A stretch of 64,000 nucleotides of DNA from Octopus vulgaris (Eukaryota): contig OX597814.1 of the NCBI GenBank assembly GCA_951406725.2, positions 15,376,001 through 15,440,000 on the forward strand. The letters are read 5' to 3'. The position numbers were made by a program, and so were the translations under genes. The notes under the pieces are model-generated. The model worked only from the letters and a program-made list of their open reading frames with translations, had not been told where the DNA came from and did not search any database. Of the stretch, positions 13,656-26,072 are shown one piece after another. The number at the start of each line of letters is the position of its first letter. Positions within the stretch are counted from its first letter, which is position 1.

Positions 13656-14267
13656 ACAGAAAACTCATGGTTATTAAAGCACAAAATTCTGTGATATTTA
13701 ATAAGACCATATTTATCGCTAGAGACCACGTTAAATCTGATTGCTAAGGTTAGACGTTTCACCCGAGTGTTGTTGTGGGGATTTTTTCTCATGTGACACT
13801 TTTTACAACTAACAACAAAATAGTAAGTCGAAACATAAAAAACGCTACCTTATTCTGCATAGCAATCCTACATAACAATCAACGCTTCTTGATCCCTTAT
13901 TTCGTCGCCTATGACGATTCAGCTGCTCCGATGATGCGAACTCTACTAGCAATTCATTGAAATAATACGTTAGAGGGGAATATTTTCGATCTTATATATT
14001 TAAGATAAGTCTCAAACTGAATCTGTATGACGCAAGATGTTGGTACATGGAACTACTTGTAGAATCCATCCGATACTTTTTCCGGTTACAGGTACAATCC
14101 AATCACCCACATTCCTAACACTGGGGTCAAACCCAGCGCTTAGTATATAAAGGACAATAACTAAAGATGCTACGTAGAGACATTAAGCCCAGAATTTCAA
14201 GCTTACGATGCAAATATTTAAAAAATTAATTCTGGCTCTGGAATTGGATCAGGGACCGTTTAAGTGA

Positions 14268-15145
14268 AATAATCAATATATATGATATATATAAAACACA
14301 GCAAAGTGAAAATATTCGCTGATGACTCTAAGCTCCAGAAGATTATCAATGAAGAAGAAGATCAATTCCAATCTGATCTACATGCTGTGAATCAATGGGC
14401 AGACAAAAACAAAATGCAGCTAAAAGGAGGAAAATTTGAACTGATGGATTTTGGAAAAAAACCATGCTAAAACAAACATACTCTCTTCCTTCAGGGAAAC
14501 TCTCACAGCATCTAATAATATCAGAGACGTAGGAGTAATTGTTGATAACAATCTCGGTAGGAGTGCCCACAGCAATAAGGTCGATATAGCTCGTGGATGA
14601 GCTTCTGGATCCCAAGAACCTTCCGGTCTAAAGAACGAGGCGTCATCATTCCACTAATCTGATCCTTTGTACGGCTACACCTCGAATACTGAAGCCCCCA
14701 TACATAACAAACATCTCGAAAATTGAATCACCCAGAGTTCATTCACTAAAATAATTAAGGGGATGACTGATCTCGATTACTTGGACCGCCTTAAAGCATT
14801 GAAACACTATTCTCTCGAGCTCTGCCGTGAGCGATACATCATTTGCATGACTAGACCATCAGCATTGCCCAAGTGACCTCAGCATTAGCTTTAAAATTCA
14901 TCCAAGGCTAGGAGCACGAGCCATACGTCCCCTACTCAGTTCAGGATCTCGACACATAAGTACACTGCAGCACAATTTCATTTCCTCAGCAGGCCCTGCC
15001 CTATTTAACATTGTCTCGAAACAGATCAAAGAAGAAAAGGGGCCCATTACCTTTAAATGGAATCTGGACAAATTTCTTTAAGGAATATCAGATAAGCCAC
15101 CTATGCATGGATACAGCCTAAGCCACCTGTACCTGGATACAACTT
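14268..15145 (+). mobile_element. CR1/L2-group LINE 3' RT remnant
   Basis: IKHSKVKIFADDSKLQK...QSDLHAVNQWADKNKMQLKGGKFELMDFG, then IRDVGVIVDNNL and VRLHLEY in shifted frames. Confidence 0.88.
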
Positions 15146-17888
15146 ACTCAATCCGCTCTGTATTCGACTAACGTTTCTTATATCCGCTCAATATTCGACT
15201 AACGTTTCGTTCTGAAGCATATCCATATCGAGTTCTACACTATTCTCTTAATGCACACAAACACATGCATATGCATTTTAACAACAGGTTATCAATAATA
15301 TTTAGATCACAGAACATACGAAGTTACACGCATATTGACTGGGATGGCACATCTCGTTTCACATTCTCGGGATTTAGACATCAATATCAACCTATAATTG
15401 TTTCAGCATATTTTATTTTTTTTAATAAACAACAGAGTAACACTTATAAAAGACGTGTAATACAGAATCTATGAAACTATGTTTTCGCCCAATTAGATTG
15501 TTATGCGTACAGAGAGAATGAGAGATGTTGGAAGTTGACTAACTTTTAACATGTATTATCAGTATGTAAACATGTGTACAAACACAAACATATGCATGGT
15601 TGGATGCATGTAGGTATATGAACAGATATGCATGTTGCTGCTTGCATGCATACTTTTTCATATATTTATGCATTAATGTGTCTGTATGTGTGTGTCTATG
15701 TATAATTATTGTTATCGCTTAAATTGCCTTCACATTATTTTGTATTTTGACACTTGTGTCGTAGACTCATTCGTTTAACTTTTGTCTTCATGGTGTATAC
15801 ATGTATTCATGGTGTAATCATGTCTTCATGGTGTATACATGCATTTAAATTTTCACCTCCCTTTCCTCTCTTCATTCTTATGTATAAAGTATATGTGTCT
15901 GTGGTCTTGTATACTTATACCGTTGCATTTTTTACGTTTGTATGTAAGATGTGGGCATTCTATGATATAATTATGTCTGCTATAATATTTAAAGATGTCT
16001 ACATATCCATATAGCTTTACATATATCTACGTGTTTCTACATATGTATCCGTGCATGGGTACATACAAACACACACACACATACACACACACACACACAC
16101 ACAAACACACAGCTACATACAAACAAAAACACGCACACATACATACATATACTGTATATAGTGAAAAGTCAAACTCTGTAAGATGTCTGTAAGTTCATTA
16201 AATTTTGAGCTTATCTCGGTTCCCGACGCGTATAATTGACTGAGAGTATTAATTTCCTCAACAGGATAGTCTATCATTTATCCATAGGATTAACTCTCAG
16301 CGGTACTCGTTTCAATGATACACGCAAAATAATCCGCAATCATTAGTAGATATTTTAATGTGAAAGGGACAATTAAATATTACGCTCGATGGAGGTATGG
16401 TCCCATTATTCTTTACTTATCTCAGAATATTTTATATCAGTAATTGGCGATTTACAATCCGTGAGCGTGTTTGAGTGTTTTGTGCACAAACGCGCACACA
16501 TATTCATGTACACAGACAGAAGACACACAGTCACTCACCCACCACACACACACACACTCACAAAATTCCTTATGGTTTGAAATTATAAGTAAGAGAAAAT
16601 AGTATTCAATACAAAAACGAGAATATAGACATTGAGCGTACTTTATTAGAAGTTAAGCCTTTTCGTATTCTAACTCTCTACACCTCCTCTTCCTCTCTCT
16701 CTTTCTCTCTCTCACACACACATACCCACCTCCTCATTTTAATATATATATATATAAAACAACAGAGACAGAGACAGGCAGAAACAAGGAAAATACCACT
16801 TGTATTTGAACACTATACAAATAGATATTTAAAAACTTACATATTTTTTTCTAAATTTAATTGTTTTCCATACATAAAGTTGAAGAGTCTCAATGACTGA
16901 AACCGGTACTGAAATGTTTTTTATAAAATTGATTTAGCATTTTCTATCTAGACCTTTTTTTCCATATACATATATATATATATATATATAATAGTTACTA
17001 GTGTAACCTACGTCAAAAAAAACAAAAAAAAAAACAACGGAAGATAAATGTTACGATATCTTACCTGGAGCAAGGTTTTAATCGCATCATATGTTTGGGA
17101 TATAATATTTTCCTGAAATCAAAAAGTAAAACAAACAAAGATTATAAACATTAAATGTAAGCGTATTATTTAAGAGTAAATACAACACTTGAAATGCCAA
17201 ATATTTCATAAAATAAGAATAGTGGTCTAGATTCGAATACAAAAGCATTAAGATATTTTAGTTTTCTTGGTATTAAATATATATCACTGAACTGTCCAAT
17301 TACTTGCCACTTGCTGTCACTACACAAATATACTTTTATATTTGAATAGGATCCAAACAGTTGAAAAGATTTGTTTAAGTAACAATAAATACTATTTAGT
17401 GTCATTTCTCGAGTCAATACGGTTAAACGACATTTGAAATGTTCAGCTGTTCCTATGTTGAATATATAAATATATAATACAATTATGAAAGCAATAAAAG
17501 ATTTATACAATTTCGTTTACTTCACTTTAAAGTGAGGTATGATATTTTGCTGCACAGTTCTTCACTTTTATTTAACAAACAAGTCACAGTTACTTTGATT
17601 CTTTGTGCTCAATGTGAAAGACTATGAAATATACCAGTATGGTAGAATACTAGACTTAACCATATATTTTAGTGCTTCTGGGAAAATCATTTATCTATTT
17701 TCTGAGTTTCTGGTACTTTTTCCTAGCCCACGATCAGTACTGTAGCGATAAACATCTGGCTTAGTAAATATACACTTAATATCTTCGAATGAATGCTAAC
17801 ACGTTTGCAAAGCTTCAGTTTTATCGATCTATCTATCTGACTATTTACACACACCTACGTGCACACACGCACACGCATACACACGTAT

Positions 17889-17956
<68 letters not shown>

Positions 17957-17957
<1 letters not shown>

Positions 17958-18207
17958 GGAGATGTACTTGCATAGTTAGTGACCTGATCTGGGATCGTGT
18001 GCTGGAACGAAAACGATTGAAAGGTGTTTATAAGCCATTTAAGAGACACACAGAAACCGTTAGATTCACTTCAACATTTAAATTTAATTTGCCAAAATAT
18101 TTTCGTCGCTTTGAGACCGCGACCTGTTCACTGACAAAATTCCGTGCTGCTAATCTAACGGTTTTTGGGTGTTTCGTAAATGGCTCATAAAGACCTTCCA
18201 CGCTGCA

Positions 18208-18210
<3 letters not shown>
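17957..18210 (-). mobile_element. PLE-type pLTR fold-back (arms ~18014-18066 / 18152-18210) between (TA)n and (CA)n
   Basis: Imperfect inverted repeat read directly; HHR-like motif in the spacer. Confidence 0.7.
18088..18138 (-). ncRNA. Type I hammerhead-like ribozyme, G3-C8 core variant
   Basis: UUUGUCA GUGAACA G GUCGC-ggucucaaa-GCGAC GAAA AUAU UU UGGCAAA: 7-bp stem I, 5-bp stem II, palindromic AAUAUU stem III. Confidence 0.7.
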
Positions 18211-18293
<83 letters not shown>

Positions 18294-18745
18294 AACGACT
18301 GTTTGGTTTGATGCAGTAATTCATTTTCACAATTCATGAAATGCTATTTTGCAACATTAATATTCATTTATTTTTCCCACCTACCCTTTGTATCATTTAG
18401 ATGCACTCAGTTTTCAGCATTCTTCCAAACCTATGTCACTCACATAATTATTCTTATAAAGGCTTTGTAGTAAATTCTCAAATATATAAGCACGTTCACG
18501 GTATCATATGACGTATAATTCCCAAAGATGGAACCAAACTATCATATATAACAATTCCTAAGTTCAAAGAGTTATTTTATTCCCAAATGCTAATGCGATA
18601 TCTGTCGATATATGATTGCATGTAGATACATATTTTGCTGTTATTGTATATTGAATTAACCGACTTTTACAACTTTATGCACGGGAGTTCGGTTTGCCGT
18701 GCAAATATGTAATAAAAGAGGCTGAAATAATAGTATTCTCTAGGA

Positions 18746-18793
<48 letters not shown>

Positions 18794-18804
18794 TGCATGA
18801 CCGC

Positions 18805-18887
<83 letters not shown>

Positions 18888-20090
18888 GTGTACTTGTTTA
18901 AATGGACAAGTGGAAGATGAAAGAGAAAATTAGCATCGATGAATTTCGACCGCGAAATGAAATAGGACGGAATTTCATTCTGTGAAGCATTTAATCCGTT
19001 CTTTCCATAGTTTCCATCACATTCTCTTCTAATTTGGCTCATCTTTAGAATAGGATTTATTTCAAGTTGATTATTACGCACGTAGCTAATTGTGTAGATG
19101 ACATAATAACTGACTGAATATATTATTTTGTAGATATTGGATCTAATGGGCCGAGACAAACCAAAATGAATGAACCCTCGTAGTATTTATGGACGAAATA
19201 CATAAGTTGTATCTGCTATTTCACCATTATTCAGATACGTAATTTTGTAGAATTGGATGCAACTCAATATTTCTTTTAGTTTATAACAAGATATAGTACG
19301 TCATTTTAAAGCAGGTAACCCAGGAGGTCCCACAAATACATAGAACTTTCTTCCACTGGCATGTGACTGAATATTATTTTGTTTCGATAACTGCAAATAA
19401 AAGCTTTACATTGAATCAAGAGCAATACATTGCTAGTAATGTGTTGTATAATCCCAGGCAAGTGAAAGGAAAATATTACATTCATGCGATTTAAGTTATG
19501 AAATGAGGGGACTAAAACTGCATCGTACTGCTGTTGCGAAACGATTGAACGTGAATTATAAAACATTGATGCTCTAGTGAGATTGTTCAAACACACGTCA
19601 CAAATGACTCAACTAGATATATTCCGTGAATTCTATCTTTTGTGTCAACTCATTCGGTTTCTCATAACACAATAGCATGAATCTATAGTAAAAAAATATT
19701 ATGATTAAGATTGCAGTCTAATATTTTCAAATTCAGTATGTCTTTGCTGAAAGTTAGGAAATTTATATATGCCTACTCTTCGATTTTTTATAAGCCTTTT
19801 CTATAGATTTAATATATTGAATTATAACTACAAATACGATAAATATTTGTTTATTTCTAATTTAGGCACAGGGCTAGCAAATTGATGGGAGAGGAATAGT
19901 CGAGTACATCGATTTCAACGCTTGACTGGTACTTTATATCATCGACCCAGTGAAAATGAAAGTCATAATTGCATCTGACGGATATTGAACTTGGAATGGA
20001 ATCTACCCGAACAAATAGCTTAACGTATTTTTACAACGTTCTAACAATTCTGTCAATCCACTACTCTACTCTACCATTAGTACTGCAACT

Positions 20091-20309
20091 AATAATTCTT
20101 TCACATTTTGGCACAAGGCCAGCAATTTTGGGGTAGGGGATACGTCAATTACGTCGATCCCGGTGTTCAACTGGTATTTATTTTATCGACCCCGAAGGAA
20201 TAAAATAGAAAGGCAAAATCGGAAGAATTTGAACTCAGAACGTAAAGACAGACGAAATGCCGCTAAGCATTTTACACAGCGTGCTAAACACTCTACCAGC
20301 TCGCTGCCT
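20091..20309 (-). mobile_element. tRNA-derived SINE family E
   Basis: Head AGGCAGCGAGCTGGTAGA matches the copy at 63929; TSD TACTGCAACT (20081-20090 / 20312-20321). Decayed relatives near 9040, 19855, 22140, 22385 and 58631-59390. Confidence 0.85.
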
Positions 20310-20535
20310 ACTACTGCAACTTTTATTGATAAACCATAATATCACTCTCCTCGACAGGAGTTGCAATTAGATGTTAATATTGCAACATGCAATACTTCTT
20401 GCATAGTGCAAAAATCAAAAGTACAAGTGAAATATTTAACACAATGAAATCTGTAAAATATAACGTGTCTTGAAAGGCACAACAATGCAGAGTGGACAAT
20501 AATAATAACTGTTATAATTCAATTATCCATTGTCT

Positions 20536-20583
20536 GATATAATAATAAAATTTCGGAATATAAAAATTCCTTCTTCAGAAATC
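20536..20583 (-). ncRNA. Hammerhead-like motif downstream of PLE GIY-YIG
   Basis: GAUUU CUGAAGA A GGAAU-uuuuau-AUUCC GAAA UUUUAUUAUU AUAUC; core and stem II intact, stems I and III weak. Confidence 0.6.
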
Positions 20584-20869
20584 GCTAGGAATTGATCGAA
20601 TCACTGCTATAATCGGTTTTTCAACGGTTACTGAATCTCTTTTTCCCGGAAGCCTCTCTGCAGTGGTCTCACGAAGCTCCTTCCGGAATTCCCCGTGAGA
20701 AGTGCGTGAGGGCGGCCATGTCTCAAGCTCGTGTGTGTTGGAACATCCGCAATGTTGCTTTTAAGTTATGTATTATACGTGGAGTTTCTTTTCTTATTCT
20801 TTTATAATTCATAAGCATGTAATTAAAAATGAACTTACACGCATTCAGATGTAGCTAAACATTATATTG

Positions 20870-21245
20870 ATTATCAACCTGTTGTTAATTTGGGCTCCTC
20901 GTCTGTCCATGAGGATAGCTTCCTTAATTCTTAGATTACCCAAATTTCTTTCATTGGCCATAATTATGACTGTTATGCTTTTGTCGGTGTTCGGCGTCTG
21001 TCTAGATGTTTTCTGTAGGAGGAGTCTCTCGTGTTCAGATGTACTTTGATGCGAATGTGTAACTGTCTTGTGCTACCCACAGAGAACTTGTTGCATTTGT
21101 TACATTGTATTCTATACACCACATTTACCCGTTGGCATAAATCTGTGTCACGGATGGAGTAGTTGGCTAGTGTACTTTGATTGCTGTCCCTTGCCCGTTT
21201 ATTTGCTAGGTGTCTTCTCAGAGAGGGGCTGGAGTGGGCTAGTTG
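20870..21245 (-). pseudogene. Penelope-like element GIY-YIG endonuclease remnant
   Basis: LCQRVNVVYRIQCNKCNKFSVGSTRQLHIRIKVHL, then after a frameshift IMANERNLGNLRIKEAILMDRRGAQINNR. Confidence 0.85.
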
Positions 21246-21377
21246 TTCGAGGATTTGGATTTCAACAGCCTTGGAAAATAAAACCGCCAACAATACTGTG
21301 GAAATCTGCAATTTCATGCACCAAATAAAATTCAGACATTTACAAAATCTGGTATCTCCAGGATCTTTGATAACAGT

Positions 21378-21570
21378 ATTAAGGGGTGCTGAGAAGGTCC
21401 TGGTTTTAAAGGTGCGCGAAAGGCCTGGCAGATGTAATCGCTCGATCAGGGTCAAGCTTCGATCACGTGACCCCAATAGTACCAACTATAAGCACGCATG
21501 CGCAGAAGGCAGTTTGACAATAATAAAGTTATGTTACGGCAAAAGTGCAAATAATTTTTGACTTTCCTTC

Positions 21571-21574
<4 letters not shown>
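21378..21574. mobile_element. Mariner-type terminal fragments
   Basis: AGGGGTGCTGAGAAGGTCCTGG at left and (rc) TACGAAGGAAAGTCAAAAATTAT at right resemble mariner TIRs but do not match each other. Confidence 0.4.
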
Positions 21575-21621
<47 letters not shown>

Positions 21622-22575
21622 TATAAATTGCGTACGTGTGTGTGTATACATACATACATGTGATAAAAAATATGCTTTCGCAGAGAATTATTATTGAAGA
21701 TTTAATGGGTTATAGTCATGATTCTCCGGAACATGCTGTAGAAAGACTTATTTTATTATTTTTTTGGTTTATGTCATCTAAACAATTTCATGAAGATCAC
21801 TTTGTCTGCAGTTATTCTATACATTAAAATATAGTGACGAAAAAAAAGACAATAAAATGTTAGCGAGTATGAAAAAAAAATAGCTTATTCATTGCATATT
21901 CTTTGAATATTTCCATTTCAATGAACACTTCCTCTGCTTTAACTTCTGCAGAAACTGCTTAACAATTGTTAATGTTGCAATGAAGAAAGAAAAAATAATA
22001 TATATATAGTTAATCAACTAAGGCTTATTGACCAAATGCATCGCGTTCAGTATCTTAACAAAAACAGAACAAAGATAACAGCATATGATAAAGTTGATGG
22101 GGATGAATGAAAGTCGCGTGGAGAAAGATAATGATAATCATCGTACTTTCTTGCATAAAGCACAAGGCTGCATATATCCTCTTAATGTAGTCTAGTCGAT
22201 TCAATTGTTCCCACTATTTATTTCTTATTTATTTCATCCATACCGGAGGGGTAGAAAGCATGCTTGACTCGGCCGAAATGTTAACTTGAGGACTGAAACT
22301 AACCGCTATCTACATTTTATTCCGCAGTTCTACCGTCTCTGGCATTATGTCGCCTTAAAATAAAAAAAAAAAGAAATATAATAATATTTTCTACAATAGG
22401 TACAAGGCCAGAAATTTTAGGGGAGTGTTAAGTTACATCAACCCCAGTGATCAACGGGTATATATTTCATCGTTCCCGAAGGGATGAACGCTTAAGTCAG
22501 ACTTGGCAGCATCTTAGTTCACAATGAAAAGACGGAAGAAATTCTTCTACGTATGTATGCATGTATGTATGTATG

Positions 22576-22606
<31 letters not shown>

Positions 22607-22751
22607 TACTCATTATCTGCCACATCATCGGGTTCGTGTTCATGCCATTGTTTTGTTAATGTGAAGTAACACACTCGGCTACCATCGAAATGCTAATAAT
22701 AATAATAATGATAATAAAAAATAAAATAATAATAATAATAATGATAATAAA

Positions 22752-22819
<68 letters not shown>

Positions 22820-22834
22820 TAATAATAATAATAA

Positions 22835-24011
22835 TGGCAAACAGTGCTACAGCTCCAAACAAAAGAGGGACTTGTGAAAACCAAAGCCATCCCCATTAGA
22901 AGATGAATATTCCAGGGAGATACGCTCTCTCCACTCCTTTTCTGCTTGGCTCTGTCACCTCTATTGCATATGCTAAACAGAACTGGATGCGGATATAAAT
23001 GTTACGGCAAAAAGATCAGCCACCTTTTATATATGGATGACCTAAAACTATACGCTACAAATGACAAACAGCTGGAAACACTACTAAAGACAGTTCATGG
23101 ATTTACCAAAGAAATAGATACGAAATTCGGATTAGAGAAATGCGCCAAAGTAACCCTGAAAAGAGGAAAACTAATTAAGAGTAGCAACATCACACTAGAT
23201 AAAACCAATGAAATAAAAGAATTAGACCAAAGCCAAACTTACAAATACTTAGGAATCCATGAACTAGATAAGACACAACACACTCAAATGAAAGAGAAAA
23301 TAAAAAAGAATATTATAGACGAGTTAGATCAATACTAAACACAGAGCTCAATGCTAAAAACAAGATAATAGGTATCAACACTTTAGCTGTCCCAGTTATA
23401 AGTTACAGCTACAATATCCTTAACTGGACACGAAATGAACTGACAAAAATAGATAGGAAAACAAGAAAAATAATGACAGGATCTAGGATGCATCACCCAA
23501 AATCTGACGTAGGCACACACCAGAAAAGGTCACAGAAAACGAGAAAGCAACCATACTCTGGGATATGCCAATACGCACAGATAGAGAAATTAAGGCCAAC
23601 AGACCAGATATAGTTGTCAGAGATCATGAAGAAAAAAATGTTTTCTAATTGATGTATCAATACCAGCGGATGACAACGTGTCTCTAAAAGAAATGGACAA
23701 ACTTTCAAAATACAAAGACCTGGAAATAGAGGTAACCAGAATGTGGAATCTAAAAGCAGAAACAATTCCTATCATAGTAGGTGCATTAGGCATGATAAAA
23801 AAATATTCAGACAAATGCATAACAAGAACACCAGGACTTACAAACACATATAACATACAGAAAATTGCACTACTAGGCACTGCACACATCCTACGCAGAA
23901 CACTTTCCATACAATAACCATCAGAGCATCACAACAAATCACAGCACATACCCAAGGCACACAGAGCTGCGCTCGGTAGTGAAGTGAAAGCACGATATAA
24001 AAAATATACTA

Positions 24012-24014
<3 letters not shown>
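22835..24014 (+). mobile_element. R4/Dong-clade non-LTR retrotransposon (RT + restriction-like endonuclease), 5'-truncated, internally deleted
   Basis: IFQGDTLSPLLFCLAL, ISHLLYMDDLKLY, YKYLG, NRPDIVV...LIDVSIP...KLSKYKDL...PIIVGALG; flanked by (AAT)n on both sides (22696-22834, 24015-24088). Confidence 0.93.
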
Positions 24015-24089
<75 letters not shown>

Positions 24090-24336
24090 GTTATAATTCA
24101 AAATTGTTACTGAATAATGTGAAGAAGTTGCGTGGAAGCAGTACGACTGAAATATTACTCGACAAAGTAGTAAACACCGAAAAAATATCAACTATACATA
24201 ATTTTATGTAGTATTATTTTTTTTGCTCAGTTATAATAAAAGCAATTTTACATTGATCTCATAGTTTACTTTATACTTTGGTTGAGTACAAATTTCTTAT
24301 TCTTATACAAGAATAATTATATATATATATATATAT

Positions 24337-24674
24337 GTAAAAGTAATTAAGATTCAAGTGAGTCCTGTTGAATTCACATGAATGAGGTACTTAACTTAGA
24401 TGCACCAGAAATCTATATGGTATTAATCATAAGATAATGCGGGGTGATTATAAGCAAGAAAAAAGCAACAAAAATGGATCAATATTTCGGTACAATTGTT
24501 TCGTACGAAGACACCTTTATTAAGGCTGCAAATATTGCAGCAAATACACGTGGCCCGTACTCATCAGCCGAAAAAACATTTGCTGCAATATTTGCAGCCT
24601 TAATAAAGGTGTCTTCGTACGAAACAATTGTACCGAAATATTAATCCATTTTTGTTGCTTTTTTCTTGCTTATA
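24337..24674 (-). mobile_element. PLE-type pLTR fold-back; 97-bp arms 24449-24545 / 24578-24674, 32-nt spacer
   Basis: One mismatch between arms by manual comparison; (TA)n on both sides; contains a canonical HHR. Confidence 0.85.
24485..24573 (-). ncRNA. Type I hammerhead ribozyme, canonical core, long stem II
   Basis: UUUCGG CUGAUGA GUACG...CGUAC GAAA CAAUUG UA CCGAAA; predicted cleavage after GUA at 24491. Confidence 0.88.
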
Positions 24675-24807
24675 TATATATATGTATATTGTTGTATTTA
24701 GGAATGACCATTTTGCCAGTTTAGTCAATAAAAACACACGCACTATTTATTTGGTGTTACTTTGCTTCAGTGTTATTCATTTTTTACATTAATCTTAATC
24801 TTATTTC

Positions 24808-24851
24808 GGCCAGAGTTCTTTCGTCATACTCCTGTGACCTCATCAGTGGTC
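24808..24851 (-). ncRNA. Minimal type I hammerhead motif in inverted pLTR
   Basis: GACCA CUGAUGA G GUCA-caggagua-UGAC GAAA GAAC UC UGGCC. Confidence 0.75.
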
Positions 24852-25025
24852 TTTTGCTTTCTTCTTTCTTATTTGTGTGTCTCTCCTTAAAAACGGTCAG
24901 CCATTTTGTATTTTGTATTCCTATTGTTTGTGTCTTCATTTGCGCATGCGTATACTTCTATGCGTGTCTATGTTTAGTTTGTGTGTATGTGGGGGTACAA
25001 TAGACTATATATACTATAGACTACA

Positions 25026-25312
25026 TATAGTATAAGATGTATAGAGGGACGATGCAGTAGTAAGACAACGACATACGCAGGGTAAACGGCACGGAGCATA
25101 GGAGAGCGGGTAAATGCACATTGGAGAGAACATAAGGAAGAAAAGAACTCATCGGTTCTGAACCAACACGCCGAGCAGCAACACGGGGGCTCAATCAACA
25201 ACATAAAAGTTAAAATCTTGTCCACACATAGAACAGACACAACAATCAGACAAATTACGGAAGCTACACACATAAATTGAAGATAAACGTAGCCTGAATA
25301 GGAAACTGAATT
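25026..25312 (+). pseudogene. PLE GIY-YIG endonuclease remnant (not in ORF track)
   Basis: YSIRCIEGRCSSKTTTYAG*TARSIGERVNAHWREH...SVLNQHAEQQHGG...VKILSTHRTDTTIRQITEATHI, frameshift, SLNRK. Confidence 0.85.
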
Positions 25313-25738
25313 GCAACACTAGCACACGCCACAGCATATGACAGAAGATCCCTATAAACTGGTAACAATATAAACAAAACTAAAAACATAATAATATAAT
25401 AAAATAAAATACACAGATAAATAAACAAATGGAAGTGAATAACTATATACATTAGAAATAATAATAAAAAAAAAAAAAAAATAATAATAACTAGATGTAA
25501 ACACATGAACAAAATAAAAATAAACAAAAACAAAAAACAAATTACACGAACGTATATAAACAGGAGATACAAATATTACAGGCACTCCCCCCCCACACAC
25601 ACACAAACACTAACTAAACATAGACACGCATAGAGGTATATGCATGCACAAATGAAGACACAAACAATAGGAATACAAAATACAAAATGGCTGACCGTTA
25701 GTAAGGGGAGACACAAAATAAGAAAGAAGAAAGTAAAA

Positions 25739-25782
25739 GACCACTGATGAGGTCACAGGAGTGTGACAAAAGAACCCTGGCC
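25739..25782 (+). ncRNA. Hammerhead motif, mutated copy (G12A, U16.1C)
   Basis: GACCA CUGAUGA G GUCAC-aggagu-GUGAC AAAA GAAC CC UGGCC; counterpart of 24808-24851. Confidence 0.6.
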
Positions 25783-25951
25783 GAAATAAGATTAAGATAA
25801 ATGTAAAAGATGAATAACGCTGAAGCAAAGTTACACCAAATAAATAGTGCGTGTGTTCTTATTGGCTAAACTGGCAAAATGACCATTCCTAAATACAACA
25901 ATATCTGATTCAATACACGATTTCACAATCTTGCAATTCAAATATATAAAC

Positions 25952-26025
<74 letters not shown>

Positions 26026-26038
26026 GTGTGTGTGTGTG

Positions 26039-26071
<33 letters not shown>

Positions 26072-26072
<1 letters not shown>

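Larger units (their letters stand above)
24686..25952 (+). mobile_element. 5'-truncated Penelope-like element with inverted pLTR (arms 24686-24995 / 25590-25904) and 48-bp tail
   Basis: ~310-bp inverted repeat enclosing GIY-YIG sequence; HHR motif in each arm; (TA)n flanks. Confidence 0.9.

Noticed and set aside
13888-13926. Minus CUGAAUC GUC..GAC GAAA
   Set aside because: G8 and A9 absent without compensation; stems I and III do not form.
18925-18990. Hairpin followed by GUCGAAA (minus) next to a TA tract
   Set aside because: No recognisable 5' core; cannot be called an HHR.
24444-24644. 66-aa ORF that looks non-repetitive
   Set aside because: By-product of the 97-bp inverted repeat.
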